Positions 11,701 through 21,964 of a stretch of 64,000 nucleotides of DNA are shown in pieces. The stretch covers positions 806,001 through 870,000 of the forward strand of contig JAHDYR010000012.1 in NCBI GenBank assembly GCA_019828565.1, read 5' to 3'. The position numbers and the translations under genes were made by a program. The stretch is from Carpediemonas membranifera BICM (lineage: Eukaryota > Protista > Fornicata). The notes below the pieces were generated by a model that was given only the letters and a program-made list of their open reading frames with translations, did not search any database and was not told the DNA's origin. Every line of letters starts with the position of its first letter. The first letter of the stretch is position 1.

Positions 11701-11809
11701 TTTCTTTCGTTTCGTTGCTTCGTATGACGTGAGAAAATAGTCGAAGTTCGGACTTGAACCCGCCCGGGTGCTCGCGCCGGCTATCGATGCCGTCATAGGC
11801 CCACATACA

Positions 11810-12077
11810 GCCCCGTATCGCACTGGAAACGAGGTTGACACCACGAGAATGTTTGGTCTGCTCTCAGTGCACATGGGGCATACACGACGCCAGGGCGCTT
11901 ACCGCAGGAGGCCGTGTCAGGTTGACCCTTCAACACCACATGACGTGTTGCGCAGTATAAACACATACAACACACACAGAAGCCCTGGAGAAGACGATCT
12001 CCCTACCGACTTAAGACGTGAGTAGGAGGGAGACAGGGCAGTGTTGCGCAGTATAAACACATTGTTTGACCCTTCAA
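11810..12077. other. Intergenic segment with two GC-clamped hairpins and permuted direct repeats (candidate ncRNA locus)
   Basis: Hairpins at 11810-11879 and 11982-12039; 22-nt direct repeat at 11945/12041; 12-nt repeat at 11922/12066. Confidence 0.35.
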
Positions 12078-12124
12078 TAGCACAATGACGACTGACCTTA
12101 AACTGCTCGTATGGAGCAACAACG

Positions 12125-13847
12125 ATGGAAGAGCTCCAGCCTGACCAGCGGCGCGTTTATGATGCCGTTATGATGGGAGAATCTGTATTTTTCACTGGTG
12201 TTGCTGGAACAGGCAAGGTTCGTTCCACAGTCGCCTCTCACGCAGTCCTTCTTGCTGAAAGTCATCATCAACGCCATCCGAGAACGGCTAAAAGGCACTG
12301 ATGAGCGAGTCTTTGTGACGGCCTCGACTGGAGCAGCCGCGGTGAACATAGCGGGAACCACGATCCACTCGTTCTCGGGTATCGGCGTTGGCAGCGAGGA
12401 CGCGGCAACCATCGCCATGAAGCTGCGGCGGCGGAAGGGCGGCAACTGGCCGTCCTGTCGCGTGCTTGTTATCGACGAGGTGTCGATGCTGTCGGCGCGT
12501 CTGTTCGACCTGATCGAGTCTGTCGCCCGCATGGTCCGCCGCGACAGAAGGCCCTTCGGCGGCATCCAGGTCATCCTCACAGGCGACTTCCTCCAGCTCC
12601 CGCCCGTCTCCCGTGACGAGCAGGCCCGCTTCGCCTTCGAAGCGGCGGCATGGCCCGGAGTCGTCGGAGAGCGCGTGTTCGAGCTCACACACGTCCACAG
12701 GCAGCGCGACCAGCGCTTCGTCCGCGTCCTCAACGCCATCAGACTGGGCCAGCTGACCTCAGAGGCCGAGGCGGTGCTCGACGCCGCGGCCCGCAACACG
12801 CTGCCTGACGGGGCGCTGCCGGTGAAGCTGTATCCGTTTAGACGCGACGTCGACAGGGATAACTCCATAGAGCTGCGCCGCATTGACGCGGAGGCCATCA
12901 CGATTGCGGGCGTGGATACGGGCGCCGATGCCCAGCGGCGACTGCTCGAGCACTGCCCCGCGCCCCTCGCCCTGACGCTGAAGAAGGGGGCGCAGGTGAT
13001 GCTGCTCAAGAACCTGGACGTCGGAGCGGGTCTATGTAATGGGGCGACCGGCGTCGTGCTCGAAATCAAGGTGCGGCCGGAAGACCTCGCCCAGCGCAAG
13101 GCCCACGTAGCACATGGGTACCCCATCGTCGACGTCCGCTTCTCCACGGGCGCTGTCAAGGCCATCACCCCCGAGGAGTGGACTGTCGGCCAGCCCGAGA
13201 GCAGGGCCAGTGCAAAGCGGCGCCAGGTGCCCCTCGCCCTGAGTTGGGCGATGACCATCCACAAGTGCCAGGGAAGCACCCTCGACATGGCCGAGATCGA
13301 CCTCGGCAATGCCTTCGAGGCGGGGCAGGCGTATGTGGCTTTGTCCCGCGTGCGGGCTGTCGAGGGCCTGAAGCTGGTCCGCTGGGACCGCCGCGCCGTG
13401 TTTGCCAACGACAGGGCAGTCGAGTGGTATCGCGTGCTTAGGGGGGCAGGGCAGGTCGGGCCCGAGGAGATGTCCGAGACAGAGCTAGACACCCCCGAGA
13501 TCGACGTCGACGTTGTGTCGATCCCAGACTCCCCCCCGTCCGTCGAGAGCATCCAGCTCTTCGCCCCGGCAGCCCGGCAGCCCCCGCCCATCCCTGTGGA
13601 GGTCAAGCGGCCCAGTCCCGACCCGCCACTGCCGCCGGTCCTGGCCTTTGTGCGGACCCACCTCCCGCAGCACTGGGATGGGGCCGGGCTACGGGCATCG
13701 CCGGAGACGGCGGCGATGTGGGGCGCCCTGATGCGGCTGACGACAGAGGGGCGGCCCCCGATGGAGCCCCAGCCCCAGGTCCAGGGGGAGGGGCGGCGAC
13801 ACAGCGTGGAGATGTACCTGCCGTTCTTGAAGAAACCGCATGGGTAA
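12125..13847 (+). CDS. PIF1: Pif1-family 5'-3' DNA helicase; intron 12218-12245
   Basis: Spliced Walker A FFTGVAGTGK|SFLL; GTTIHSFSGIG, IDEVSM, GDFLQLPPV, LSWAMTIHKCQGSTL, GQAYVALSR. Confidence 0.93.
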
Positions 13848-14033
13848 ATGACTGCACGGGCACTGGGCATGGGGTGACTGGGCTGACAAGGATGCAAGGT
13901 GTCTGAGGTCCGCAGCGTCGCGTAATGGAGGCTGATTGACCGAAGAAAAAAAGATTTGGGTCGACAGCTCAGACTAGCACGGCAGCAGGACCTCCCCTAG
14001 TACTGCGTTATCGCCGGAACAAAGAAGCACAAA

Positions 14034-15581
14034 ATGAAGATGAAGATGAATAGACAACGATCCTGGAGCAATGCGACTATCGCAGAGGAGCTCTGCCAAC
14101 TGTCATCGTGTTCACGTGCGCTGACGATCAATACGCCTGGAACCGCCTCTTATAAGCTCGCTAAAGCAGCAGCTATGTACAATACAGCAGATGCCCCAAG
14201 TATTAGAGGACGGCGGCGGTTTCTCGGCTGCCTCGTGGTCCCCGTAAGGCCGACGCCCCCGGAGGACCTCACAGCCCTCGCATGCCGCATGGCCGTGCTT
14301 CGCAAACACATGGACCAGTGTCAGGCGCGTGTTCTTGTGGGCGACGGCCTCCTGGAGCTGCAGAGTCCACCCCGGACGGTGGGTCTGCGCGGCCCCCTTC
14401 CCGACGCCCTCTTCACGCTGCCGCCAGCGTTGCTCTGGGCAATTGTCCAGACCGCAGACCCGCAGCAAGGTACCAGTCCGCTCTGGCTGCTGTGCAAGGC
14501 GACCCACCGGGCGGCCGTCCAGCTTGCGCCCCTTGTGTCCGTGCGACAGTTCGGGGTCTGCGAGAAGGCTGTTTCTTTCCTGACGCTGTTCGGACGCGTT
14601 TTTGCCCGTGGGGCGAACCGTTCGGGCCAGCGCGGCGTGGGGGTGGCAGGCCCGCGGGTGAGGCGGTGGGGCAGGGTGCGGTGCCCGACCATCGCACGGC
14701 TGCACCATGCCCACGGGTCATGCATCGCGGAGACCCCGGTCGGGCTATACAGCTGGGGCGACAACACCGGCATGGCCCTCGGCCACACCCGCGGTAGGAT
14801 CGTCACCAGCCCCAGGCGGGTGGCCATCGCCGGGCTCCACGGCCAGTGGCACAAGAAGATCCGCGGCATTCACATCGGGCCCGACCGTACGATCCTATTC
14901 GTCGGCCACCGCTGCTATGTCGCGGGCAGCACAAGAGGGGGAGTCGGCGCCTTCGTCCGGGCCGACGCGACGCCCTTTGTCAGGTCGACTTTGCCGGTCG
15001 ATGCCGAGTCCGTCAAGTTCGGGCCGACGACGATGGCTGTACTCATGGCCGGGCGGGTCTTCATGGCCGGCGCAGTCGGCTCTGTCGCCCCCGGCCAGGC
15101 CGACTGGGCCGACGAGTTCACCGAGTTGCCGTGGCAGGCGGACGACGTCGCGCTTGGGCAGGGCTACATCGTGCTGCTCAACCAGGGCGCCGTCACTGTG
15201 CTCGGCTCCGCCGTCCCACGCTGGCTCGAGCTCGAGGACAACGATCAGCCCGGCCCCCGCCGCGTCATCTTCCCGTGGCCCGTCGACGCAGTGATCACGG
15301 ACGGGTGCCGCTGGTTCGTGCGGTGCGCGTTCCCCGACAGAACCGACACGCGGTGGTTCTGCGGAGGCCCCACCGGCTGGTGTCCGATCGGCTTCCCCGC
15401 ACCGTTAACTGAGATCCAGACCGCGGCCACACAGGGCCCGGCGATCCACTTCCTGACCGACAGCGGGCAGTTCGTGCTGGCTGATGAAATGGTGCGGCCG
15501 TGCCCGCCCCAGCCCAAGGGCTGCCTCAGACAGCTGGGGATGTGGCCGCTGGACCCGGACAACACCGTAAATGGTATTTAA
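14034..15581 (+). CDS. RCC1/BLIP-II repeat protein with an F-box-like motif
   Basis: ARGANRSGQRG and LYSWGDNTGMALG repeats; LFTLPPALLWAIV...LLCK motif; exact start uncertain. Confidence 0.7.
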   Translation: MKMKMNRQRSWSNATIAEELCQLSSCSRALTINTPGTASYKLAKAAAMYNTADAPSIRGRRRFLGCLVVPVRPTPPEDLTALACRMAVLRKHMDQCQARVLVGDGLLELQSPPRTVGLRGPLPDALFTLPPALLWAIVQTADPQQGTSPLWLLCKATHRAAVQLAPLVSVRQFGVCEKAVSFLTLFGRVFARGANRSGQRGVGVAGPRVRRWGRVRCPTIARLHHAHGSCIAETPVGLYSWGDNTGMALGHTRGRIVTSPRRVAIAGLHGQWHKKIRGIHIGPDRTILFVGHRCYVAGSTRGGVGAFVRADATPFVRSTLPVDAESVKFGPTTMAVLMAGRVFMAGAVGSVAPGQADWADEFTELPWQADDVALGQGYIVLLNQGAVTVLGSAVPRWLELEDNDQPGPRRVIFPWPVDAVITDGCRWFVRCAFPDRTDTRWFCGGPTGWCPIGFPAPLTEIQTAATQGPAIHFLTDSGQFVLADEMVRPCPPQPKGCLRQLGMWPLDPDNTVNGI

Positions 15582-15695
15582 GGGGTGATTTACGTTGTTA
15601 CATGACAGCGTAATGATTGTCCGTGCTGGCGGCCATGGTGACATGCTGCGAAGGAAGAACACTGCACCAATCAACAAACGCACAGCAACAGCACA

Positions 15696-16196
15696 ATGAA
15701 CGCTAATAGCGATGATTCTGAACGCATATCAGCAAACCACGGCACCGCGGAGGCGCCCTACGTTCCGCAGCAGGGGGAGGAGAGAATGTTCGACGAGGAC
15801 GCCGATCGCGTTGTTATTGAGGAATGGAGGCACAGTTCCATCAGTGCGATGCCGCAGTACTGCTCGGACTCCCTCGTCCGGCTCCGGTACATGGACTATT
15901 GCAGGTCCGGACCGCGCCAGGGCCAATACAGGGCGGTGTCGACAGCATTGGTCCAGCCCCAGCTGCCCCTCAGTATGTTCGCGGGGTCGCATGTCGTCCG
16001 GCCATTCCGTCCGCCGAGTCCGGACCCCCGGACGGCGCTGCATCTCGAGACGGGTGCCAGATTCACGGAGGCTCAGCCCAAACCCTCTCCGACGGTGGTC
16101 AAGCCGACCCGCCGCCATCCGACGTCGTGGGTGCCCCCGCGGTCAGTCAGGGGCGCTGAGGCTGAGACGGTGTGGGGCGCGACTGGCGCAGCGTAG
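15696..16196 (+). CDS. Small protein with a Nup98-type GLEBS (Rae1-binding) motif
   Basis: GTAEAPY...HSSISAMPQYCSDSLVRLRYMDY versus Nup98 GT...HQCITAMKEYESKSLEELRLEDY. Confidence 0.65.
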   Translation: MNANSDDSERISANHGTAEAPYVPQQGEERMFDEDADRVVIEEWRHSSISAMPQYCSDSLVRLRYMDYCRSGPRQGQYRAVSTALVQPQLPLSMFAGSHVVRPFRPPSPDPRTALHLETGARFTEAQPKPSPTVVKPTRRHPTSWVPPRSVRGAEAETVWGATGAA

Positions 16197-16254
16197 GGCT
16201 AGCTATGTAAAGCATGTATTCGTGGACACTGAACAGTTTAACGACGCCAGCCGG

Positions 16255-16786
16255 ATGCAGGGGAGTGATCTTGCCAATGCTTGCAAGACTGCTGTTAAGA
16301 ATGGATATGCAGGCGTAGAAATCGTCCAAGCTAAGCTTGGTATGACTGATGCAGATTTCGCCGCGTTACTGCGGCGCTCTGTGGACGAAGGGGCTGTGCA
16401 GCACTTCACAGTTCTCAAAGACGGTTTGTACATCAGTTCTCGCTCACTCAGGGCAACGATATGGCTGTCTACGAGCTGTTGAGGCCGGTAACCTTCCTGC
16501 GGCCCCCACTGAGCAGGAGCTGACGCAGAAGGCCGCCAAGCTGCGGCGGCAGAAGACATATTACAGCAAGAAGAAGCGCGACGCCCTCTCCCAGCTGACC
16601 GAGCTCGCGGAGGAGGCCGGGCCCTTCGACGGGGTGCCGAGCGGACCCGGGGGGGAGCGGGCCGCGCTGCACTTGTACAACGACCTCAGGGACGCCGCGC
16701 ACACGCTCCTGGGGCAGCTGGCGGCGCGGAGGGGCGTGACGGTGAAGGACCTGTACGGCGAGCTCGGCATTGAGGTGGGGGACTGA
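16255..16786 (+). CDS. SWI5: Swi5/Sae3 recombination mediator; intron 16424-16451
   Basis: LHLYNDLRDAAHTLLGQLAARRGVTVKDLYGELGI is the Swi5 domain; a 28-nt GTTTG..CTCACTCAG intron joins two ORFs in frame. Confidence 0.8.
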
Positions 16787-16804
16787 GGTGGCGTAAATCT
16801 CCGG

Positions 16805-17449
16805 TCAGTCGGTCTCCACGGCAAACAGCTGGCACAGGTAGAGCATGCCGCCCCGGGCACAGACGCTGACGCCCATGCGGGTCCAGGCCCCCAGCAGGTT
16901 GGCCCTGTGGCCGGGTGACCCGATCCACGCATCCACCGCCGCCCTCGCCGCGTCACCGCTGTTGCCGACCATGGCGACGTTCTCCCCAGCCGCGGCCCCG
17001 ATGGCCTGTGCCCGGCCGCTGAACCGGTCGTGCGAGATGCGGGCGGCGCGGGCCATGTCGTCGGCGTGCGACTGTCCGGCCCGGATCAGCGCGGGATCGT
17101 GTTCGAGCGGGGGCTTGCCGTGCTGCCGTCGGAAGGCGTTGGTGTACTCGAGGGCCTTGGCGGCAACAACGTCAGGGCGAAGCAGGTCGGACGCTGACCG
17201 GGGCTTTGGAATGCGCTCAAGATCAGCTGCACGCTGGAAAGATCGTCCATTCCGCTGCTTGCGGCGGATATCGTCGAGTGTGATTGTCCTGGGGCCCGCT
17301 GCCCGGCACTTTCGCTTCATCCTCTCGCGGTACTGCTGCATCTGCCGGGCCATCGAGTCTTTCTGCGCTCTAGCACGTTCATTGGCCTCATTATCCACAG
17401 CTCGCGGCTTGTCGGTGAGCCTGTGCGGTTTTCCGAAGAATCCGTTCAT
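16805..17449 (-). CDS. CAP/SCP (cysteine-rich secretory/YkwD-like) domain protein
   Basis: TNAFRRQHGKPPL, AGQSHADDM, GENVA, WIGSPGHRANLL. Confidence 0.88.
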   Translation of the reverse strand: MNGFFGKPHRLTDKPRAVDNEANERARAQKDSMARQMQQYRERMKRKCRAAGPRTITLDDIRRKQRNGRSFQRAADLERIPKPRSASDLLRPDVVAAKALEYTNAFRRQHGKPPLEHDPALIRAGQSHADDMARAARISHDRFSGRAQAIGAAAGENVAMVGNSGDAARAAVDAWIGSPGHRANLLGAWTRMGVSVCARGGMLYLCQLFAVETD

Positions 17450-17530
17450 GTCTCTGCTTTGGGCAGCGCCGCCCCAAACCATCTGCCACAGTTCGTTGTT
17501 TACACCACTGGGGTACTCATGCTGGCCCGC

Positions 17531-17913
17531 TCACTTCTTGCCGCGACCCTTCTCGCGGGATCTTCCGCGGGAGGTGGGCCGCGACCCCTCTTCGCGCTGT
17601 GCAGTCGTCACGGCCTTCACGACATACCGCGCGTCGTCGGCTAGGAACTGGGAGGCAAGCTCCGTGGGGTGTGCCGTGAGGAACACGCGTTCGCCCGGCA
17701 GAACGCCCTCCGTCGTGGGCTGCGAGGGGTCGGAGGAGGCGAAGAGATCGATGATGGGCGTATTGATCTCAAACTAGGTGAGGTGCGTATAGCGGAACGA
17801 ACTTTGCGTTGGATAGCATCCAGGAGCAGATTGCAGTAGCATTCTGCGTTAAAGATCTCGAGCTTGTCGTTGCCGAGCCCGTCTTCTTCGTCTTTCGTCA
17901 CGTAGATGATCAT
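17531..17913 (-). CDS. CXorf65/C22orf15-like small protein; intron 17774-17802
   Basis: Spliced product MIIYVTK...FNAECYCNLLLDAIQRK|FEINTPIIDL...ASQFLADDARYVVK resembles CXorf65; 29-nt intron GTTCG..CTCACCTAG. Confidence 0.6.
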
Positions 17914-18130
17914 TTGTTCAATTGAGTATAGTTAGCTGCTTGTTGTGCTTGTATGTGCCGACCACCGCTCTCCCGTGGTAAACTGATCGAGTTCTCTCGG
18001 GACTTGACTCGGCCGGACAGACTGTAACGTCACGTAAACCAGCCAGTAAACAGCCGGCCTTCTTAGACTGGGAGCCCAGTCCATCGCCCGTTTTCCTTAA
18101 TCTGCAACTTGGCCGACGAAACCTCTGCCT

Positions 18131-20062
18131 ATGCGCCCAAAGCTAGAGGTAGAAGGAGAATCGTCTCGAGCGCCGGTTATCTACGCCAATGAACCGCGAT
18201 TGACCATTCATTCCCTCGTTGGACAGACTCGAGCGAAGGGGGAAACAACCACTAGGGGAAGTGGGCAGGAGGTCATAGAACCGCTGTCCTCGCATGCTCG
18301 CGGTCTTCCTTTCTCTCTTGACAACAGCGAAACAGGCGATGACGGCGCCCTCATGGCTCTTATGCCCCACATCCCTGCCCTCACGGCCGCAGCCCCCAAG
18401 GTCCCTGGAGGACCGGGCCAGATGCTGAGAAAGGCGCTGGACCACGTCCGCTCAGTTGCAGGAGACCATAACCTCAAGATAACGCCAGAAGACAACGACA
18501 ACGACAGCGCCCCGGAGACCGCGGACGTCGTCGCCGCCCTCCAACAGGCGACGGGCGCCATCGACCGGTACCCCGCCATGAGCGGGCTTGTTGGACTGCT
18601 GCAGGGCGCGAAGAAGGCGGTAACCCACGCCAGTGCCCCTGCGCTCCACACGCTGTCGCCCGGGCTGATCTGGGCGGTGCTGCTGACGCACGGCGTAGAC
18701 CCGGACCTGAGCTGCACCCGCAAGGCCCGCTACACATTCCCCGCCAAGCTCCCGGTGTTCCTGTGCAAGGAGTTCTTCGCCGTCTTTACCCAGCCCGCCA
18801 ACGGCACCGACAGCGGCGGGAACAGACACGCACACGACTACCTGTGGCGCGACGGTCGGCTCTTCACGAAGGGCGGCAACAAGTATGGTCAGCGGGGCCA
18901 AGGCCGCGGCGTCAAGGAAACGCGGGCCCCAGGGTCCAAGGTGCAGCAATTCTGCCGGGTGCGGGTCCCGTTCGTCTGCCGCGTCCACGTCTTCAGCTAC
19001 TCCGTGCTGGCGTCCACCCCGAAGGGCCTCTATGCATGGGGGCACAATGCAAACGGGCAGCTGGGGCTGGCGACGGCCGACAAGATCGTCTGGGACCCGA
19101 CCCTCGTCCGGTTCACTACCGCCAGCGCCGTCGCCAAGCTCGAGGCCGCCCAGCCCGAGTGGCACAGGGACAGGGCCGTGACGCTGATGGCGACGCTGCG
19201 GGACCAGACGTGCTACGTCCAGACGCCCGCCGGGGTCGTGGCGGCCGGCAACAACAGGGGCGGATCCCTTGCCGTCGGTAGCAGTACCGCGCTCGTCCGC
19301 AGCTTTCGCCCCGTCATCGGGCTGCCCGAGCTCAGCAGACTCACGTGCTTCACCTCAAGTCTGCAGGCCACTGCGGCCGTGTGGTGCCACTGCGGCCGGA
19401 CGCTGCTCGTCGCCGGGGAGAACAGGTTTGGGCGATTCGGCGTCCCCGGCGCGGAGGTGCGGGCGCTGACGGACGTCGGGATTCCCGTGCTCCGATGGGC
19501 GTTCAAGCAGGAGCGCGCCCTGCTGCTCAGCGACGGCGTCGTCATGGTGACCGGCAAGACCGGCTGCCTGCGGGCGTTCCTGCCGGGCCAGCCGGACGAG
19601 TGCCACGAGCCGACGCCACTGGCCTTCCCGTGGCCGGTGACGCGATTCATCTCGTATCATGGGGAGACAGGGCAGAAGTACCCCGAGGTCACGATCAACA
19701 CAGACTCGCAGCCCTTCTGGGTCCAGCGGGCCGATACCGGCCAACTGTACGGCCTCGGCAACAACGACGCCGGCCACCTCGGCGTCGGAGCACGCCCCGT
19801 CATGCTGACGGAGTGGCGCAAGGTGCGGCGGGCCCGAGACGTCGTCGCCGTCGTCCACGGGGCGGGGGTTCGGTCGTGGTTCAAGCTCCCCGACGGGGCC
19901 TGGCTTGGGTCTGGGAACAACGAGGACGGGCAGCTGGGCGTCGAGCGGCAGAGCAGCCTGCACCCACTGGACGTCGTCGACGGGGCGGTGGCACAGGCGC
20001 TGGACGGCATGGAGCCGCTCGCGGTGTGGGAGCTCGACCCCGGCAAGACGCCGCTGCTGTGA
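18131..20062 (+). CDS. RCC1/BLIP-II repeat protein (paralog of 14034-15581)
   Basis: GGNKYGQRG, YAWGHNANGQLG, YGLGNNDAGHLG, GSGNNEDGQLG; shared LHTLSPGLIWAVL, FPWPV and C-terminal W.LDP motifs. Confidence 0.8.
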   Translation: MRPKLEVEGESSRAPVIYANEPRLTIHSLVGQTRAKGETTTRGSGQEVIEPLSSHARGLPFSLDNSETGDDGALMALMPHIPALTAAAPKVPGGPGQMLRKALDHVRSVAGDHNLKITPEDNDNDSAPETADVVAALQQATGAIDRYPAMSGLVGLLQGAKKAVTHASAPALHTLSPGLIWAVLLTHGVDPDLSCTRKARYTFPAKLPVFLCKEFFAVFTQPANGTDSGGNRHAHDYLWRDGRLFTKGGNKYGQRGQGRGVKETRAPGSKVQQFCRVRVPFVCRVHVFSYSVLASTPKGLYAWGHNANGQLGLATADKIVWDPTLVRFTTASAVAKLEAAQPEWHRDRAVTLMATLRDQTCYVQTPAGVVAAGNNRGGSLAVGSSTALVRSFRPVIGLPELSRLTCFTSSLQATAAVWCHCGRTLLVAGENRFGRFGVPGAEVRALTDVGIPVLRWAFKQERALLLSDGVVMVTGKTGCLRAFLPGQPDECHEPTPLAFPWPVTRFISYHGETGQKYPEVTINTDSQPFWVQRADTGQLYGLGNNDAGHLGVGARPVMLTEWRKVRRARDVVAVVHGAGVRSWFKLPDGAWLGSGNNEDGQLGVERQSSLHPLDVVDGAVAQALDGMEPLAVWELDPGKTPLL

Positions 20063-20094
20063 GTGTAGGATACGGTAAAGACGCTGGATGTTTA

Positions 20095-20448
20095 CTACTG
20101 CCGGCCGACAACGAGCCCGCCGCTCTTCTCGAGTGCGTGCAGCTCGCTGGAGCCGCCGATGAACTCGCCGGCGATGAAGACGACGGGCACCGTGCCATGG
20201 CCGGTCATGGCGGCAAGCTCCGACTGAATGGCGCGGCCATCCGAGACTTGGTCCAGCTCAATGACCTTGTAGGCAATGCCTTTGTTGTCTAAGAGGTTTC
20301 TAGCCATTCTGCAGAAGCCACAGTACGATTTCGTGAAGAGAACGACTTCGTTCTCGCTAATTGTCTGTTCAATGTCGATAGAGAGGGCTGCTACAGAGAT
20401 AAGCAGTGTGCAGAGAAACAGTCCCGTGAGTATGCGGCCAGATTTCAT
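20095..20448 (-). CDS. Dithiol glutaredoxin with an N-terminal signal peptide
   Basis: KSYCGFC active site, TVPVVFI, FIGG; hydrophobic N-terminus. Confidence 0.9.
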   Translation of the reverse strand: MKSGRILTGLFLCTLLISVAALSIDIEQTISENEVVLFTKSYCGFCRMARNLLDNKGIAYKVIELDQVSDGRAIQSELAAMTGHGTVPVVFIAGEFIGGSSELHALEKSGGLVVGRQ

Positions 20449-20550
20449 CCGTGTTGTTTGCTGTCCATGACTCGCCGCTCAGTTCCCTCCTTTACGTGTT
20501 TACATATGAGCCCAGCTCAAGGCTCACGTATCACTAATCCGTCCATTTAC

Positions 20551-21723
20551 TCAAGCCTCAGCGCTAACAACGCCTGCGTCGAGTGGCGTCACCGGTGTCC
20601 CGAACTCGGTGGGCCGGGGCGTCGTTGGCTCGACAGGAGGCCGCTCACCCAGCTTCAGGCGGGCTTCACGGCGGTCCGTCTCGGCCTCGAGGTCAAGCCG
20701 CCCGAACACCTGCAGCGTCGGGCTGGGGGGCGTCCCGGCGTGGTAGACGATGGCGCCGTCGAGCTTGCGGGAGGCGTGGGCTGGCGTCGGCAACGCCCCC
20801 TCAAGGGCGTCGAGGTGGTCAAGCGCCATCATGCTCACTGCGGCCTCGTCGAGGATAGCGCGCAGAGCGGCGCTGATGGCGTCGAGGTGCGTCCGTACAA
20901 CCTGGGCCCAGTCGGCGTGGGCGGCGGCCAGCTTGTGGTGGAGGCGGTCGAGGTCGACGAGGAAATAGTCGCGGGTGACCTTCATGAGGCTCCACTCACG
21001 GGCGTACCGCGTGCGGGCGCCGTCGACCTTGCCCTGTGCCCGGTCGACCTTCCACCTGAAGCCCCGCGTCAGGACGGTCCCCCTGTCCACGGCCCCCTTG
21101 CACAACTCGTCCCGCTGCTGCTCGGCCTGCCGCACCCGCTCGAGCGCCACGCGCAGAGGTTTGGTCTCCTTCTTGAAGCGCTTGCGGGCGACAACCCAGT
21201 CGTTCTCGATGCCGTGGAGCTCCTTGAGGGTCGCAAACATCTCCGCCTGCACCTTCCGCTCTGCCTGGCCCAGTGCCCCTGTCGTCGCCGCGGCCATGAG
21301 GGCGTCTGCGTGGTATGTAAGCTCGTTCTGGACGGACGCCGCGTGCTGCTGCAGCTGCCGGGTCCTGAAGTCCAGCACAGGCACGCGCCGCAGAGCGTTG
21401 GGCGCACGGCCCGCACGCCTACACGACTTGGCCAGGGCGTGGCAGTAACCGACGAAGAGCTTGCTGTCGTTGCGGATGTCCTTGCGGACGGCGCGGGCGT
21501 TATCAAGCGCAGCAACCTGGATCTTCAGCTGGCGCGTGGTGCTGCTAGGCAGTGGCGTCACGTCTGGGAGGTCCTCGTCTGGGTTCTTCAGCGCCACCTG
21601 GATCTCAGCGTCGACGGGAGTGAGCTCGTCGTTGGCGGGAGTTGAGAGAGCAGGCTCGGAAGCAGGGCTTGGAGGGCTCATTAGATCTTCGATCATATCA
21701 TCACTATCGGCAATGTCGGCCAT
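20551..21723 (-). CDS. Coiled-coil protein (possibly BAR-like)
   Basis: 390-aa ORF with GC3 bias, long amphipathic helices, low-complexity termini. Confidence 0.7.
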   Translation of the reverse strand: MADIADSDDMIEDLMSPPSPASEPALSTPANDELTPVDAEIQVALKNPDEDLPDVTPLPSSTTRQLKIQVAALDNARAVRKDIRNDSKLFVGYCHALAKSCRRAGRAPNALRRVPVLDFRTRQLQQHAASVQNELTYHADALMAAATTGALGQAERKVQAEMFATLKELHGIENDWVVARKRFKKETKPLRVALERVRQAEQQRDELCKGAVDRGTVLTRGFRWKVDRAQGKVDGARTRYAREWSLMKVTRDYFLVDLDRLHHKLAAAHADWAQVVRTHLDAISAALRAILDEAAVSMMALDHLDALEGALPTPAHASRKLDGAIVYHAGTPPSPTLQVFGRLDLEAETDRREARLKLGERPPVEPTTPRPTEFGTPVTPLDAGVVSAEA

Positions 21724-21964
21724 GATGATCGCGTTTAACGAGGTTCGCAGAGCAAGGGTTAGTATTCAGCCCGGCCGGATCCCGAGAGAAACGAAAAGCA
21801 CATCATTTGGATAGCATACTTGTTCTGCCGACGATTCTTGCTCGCATCCGTCTTGCTTTCGACGCGAGACCACATCCACGCAGGTTAGGGTCGATCGTTT
21901 TGTGCTATTGATGGATTGCGAGCGTTCGGCTCCAGCATTCGTTCCTTCCCCCCACATCGCTGCC

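Noticed and set aside
11745-11765. tRNA gene suggested by a B-box-like GGTTCAAGTCC on the minus strand
   Set aside because: No cloverleaf or acceptor stem can be built around it
12125-13847. Helitron-derived helicase
   Set aside because: No HUH Rep domain; it has a host-type intron and ordinary gene context
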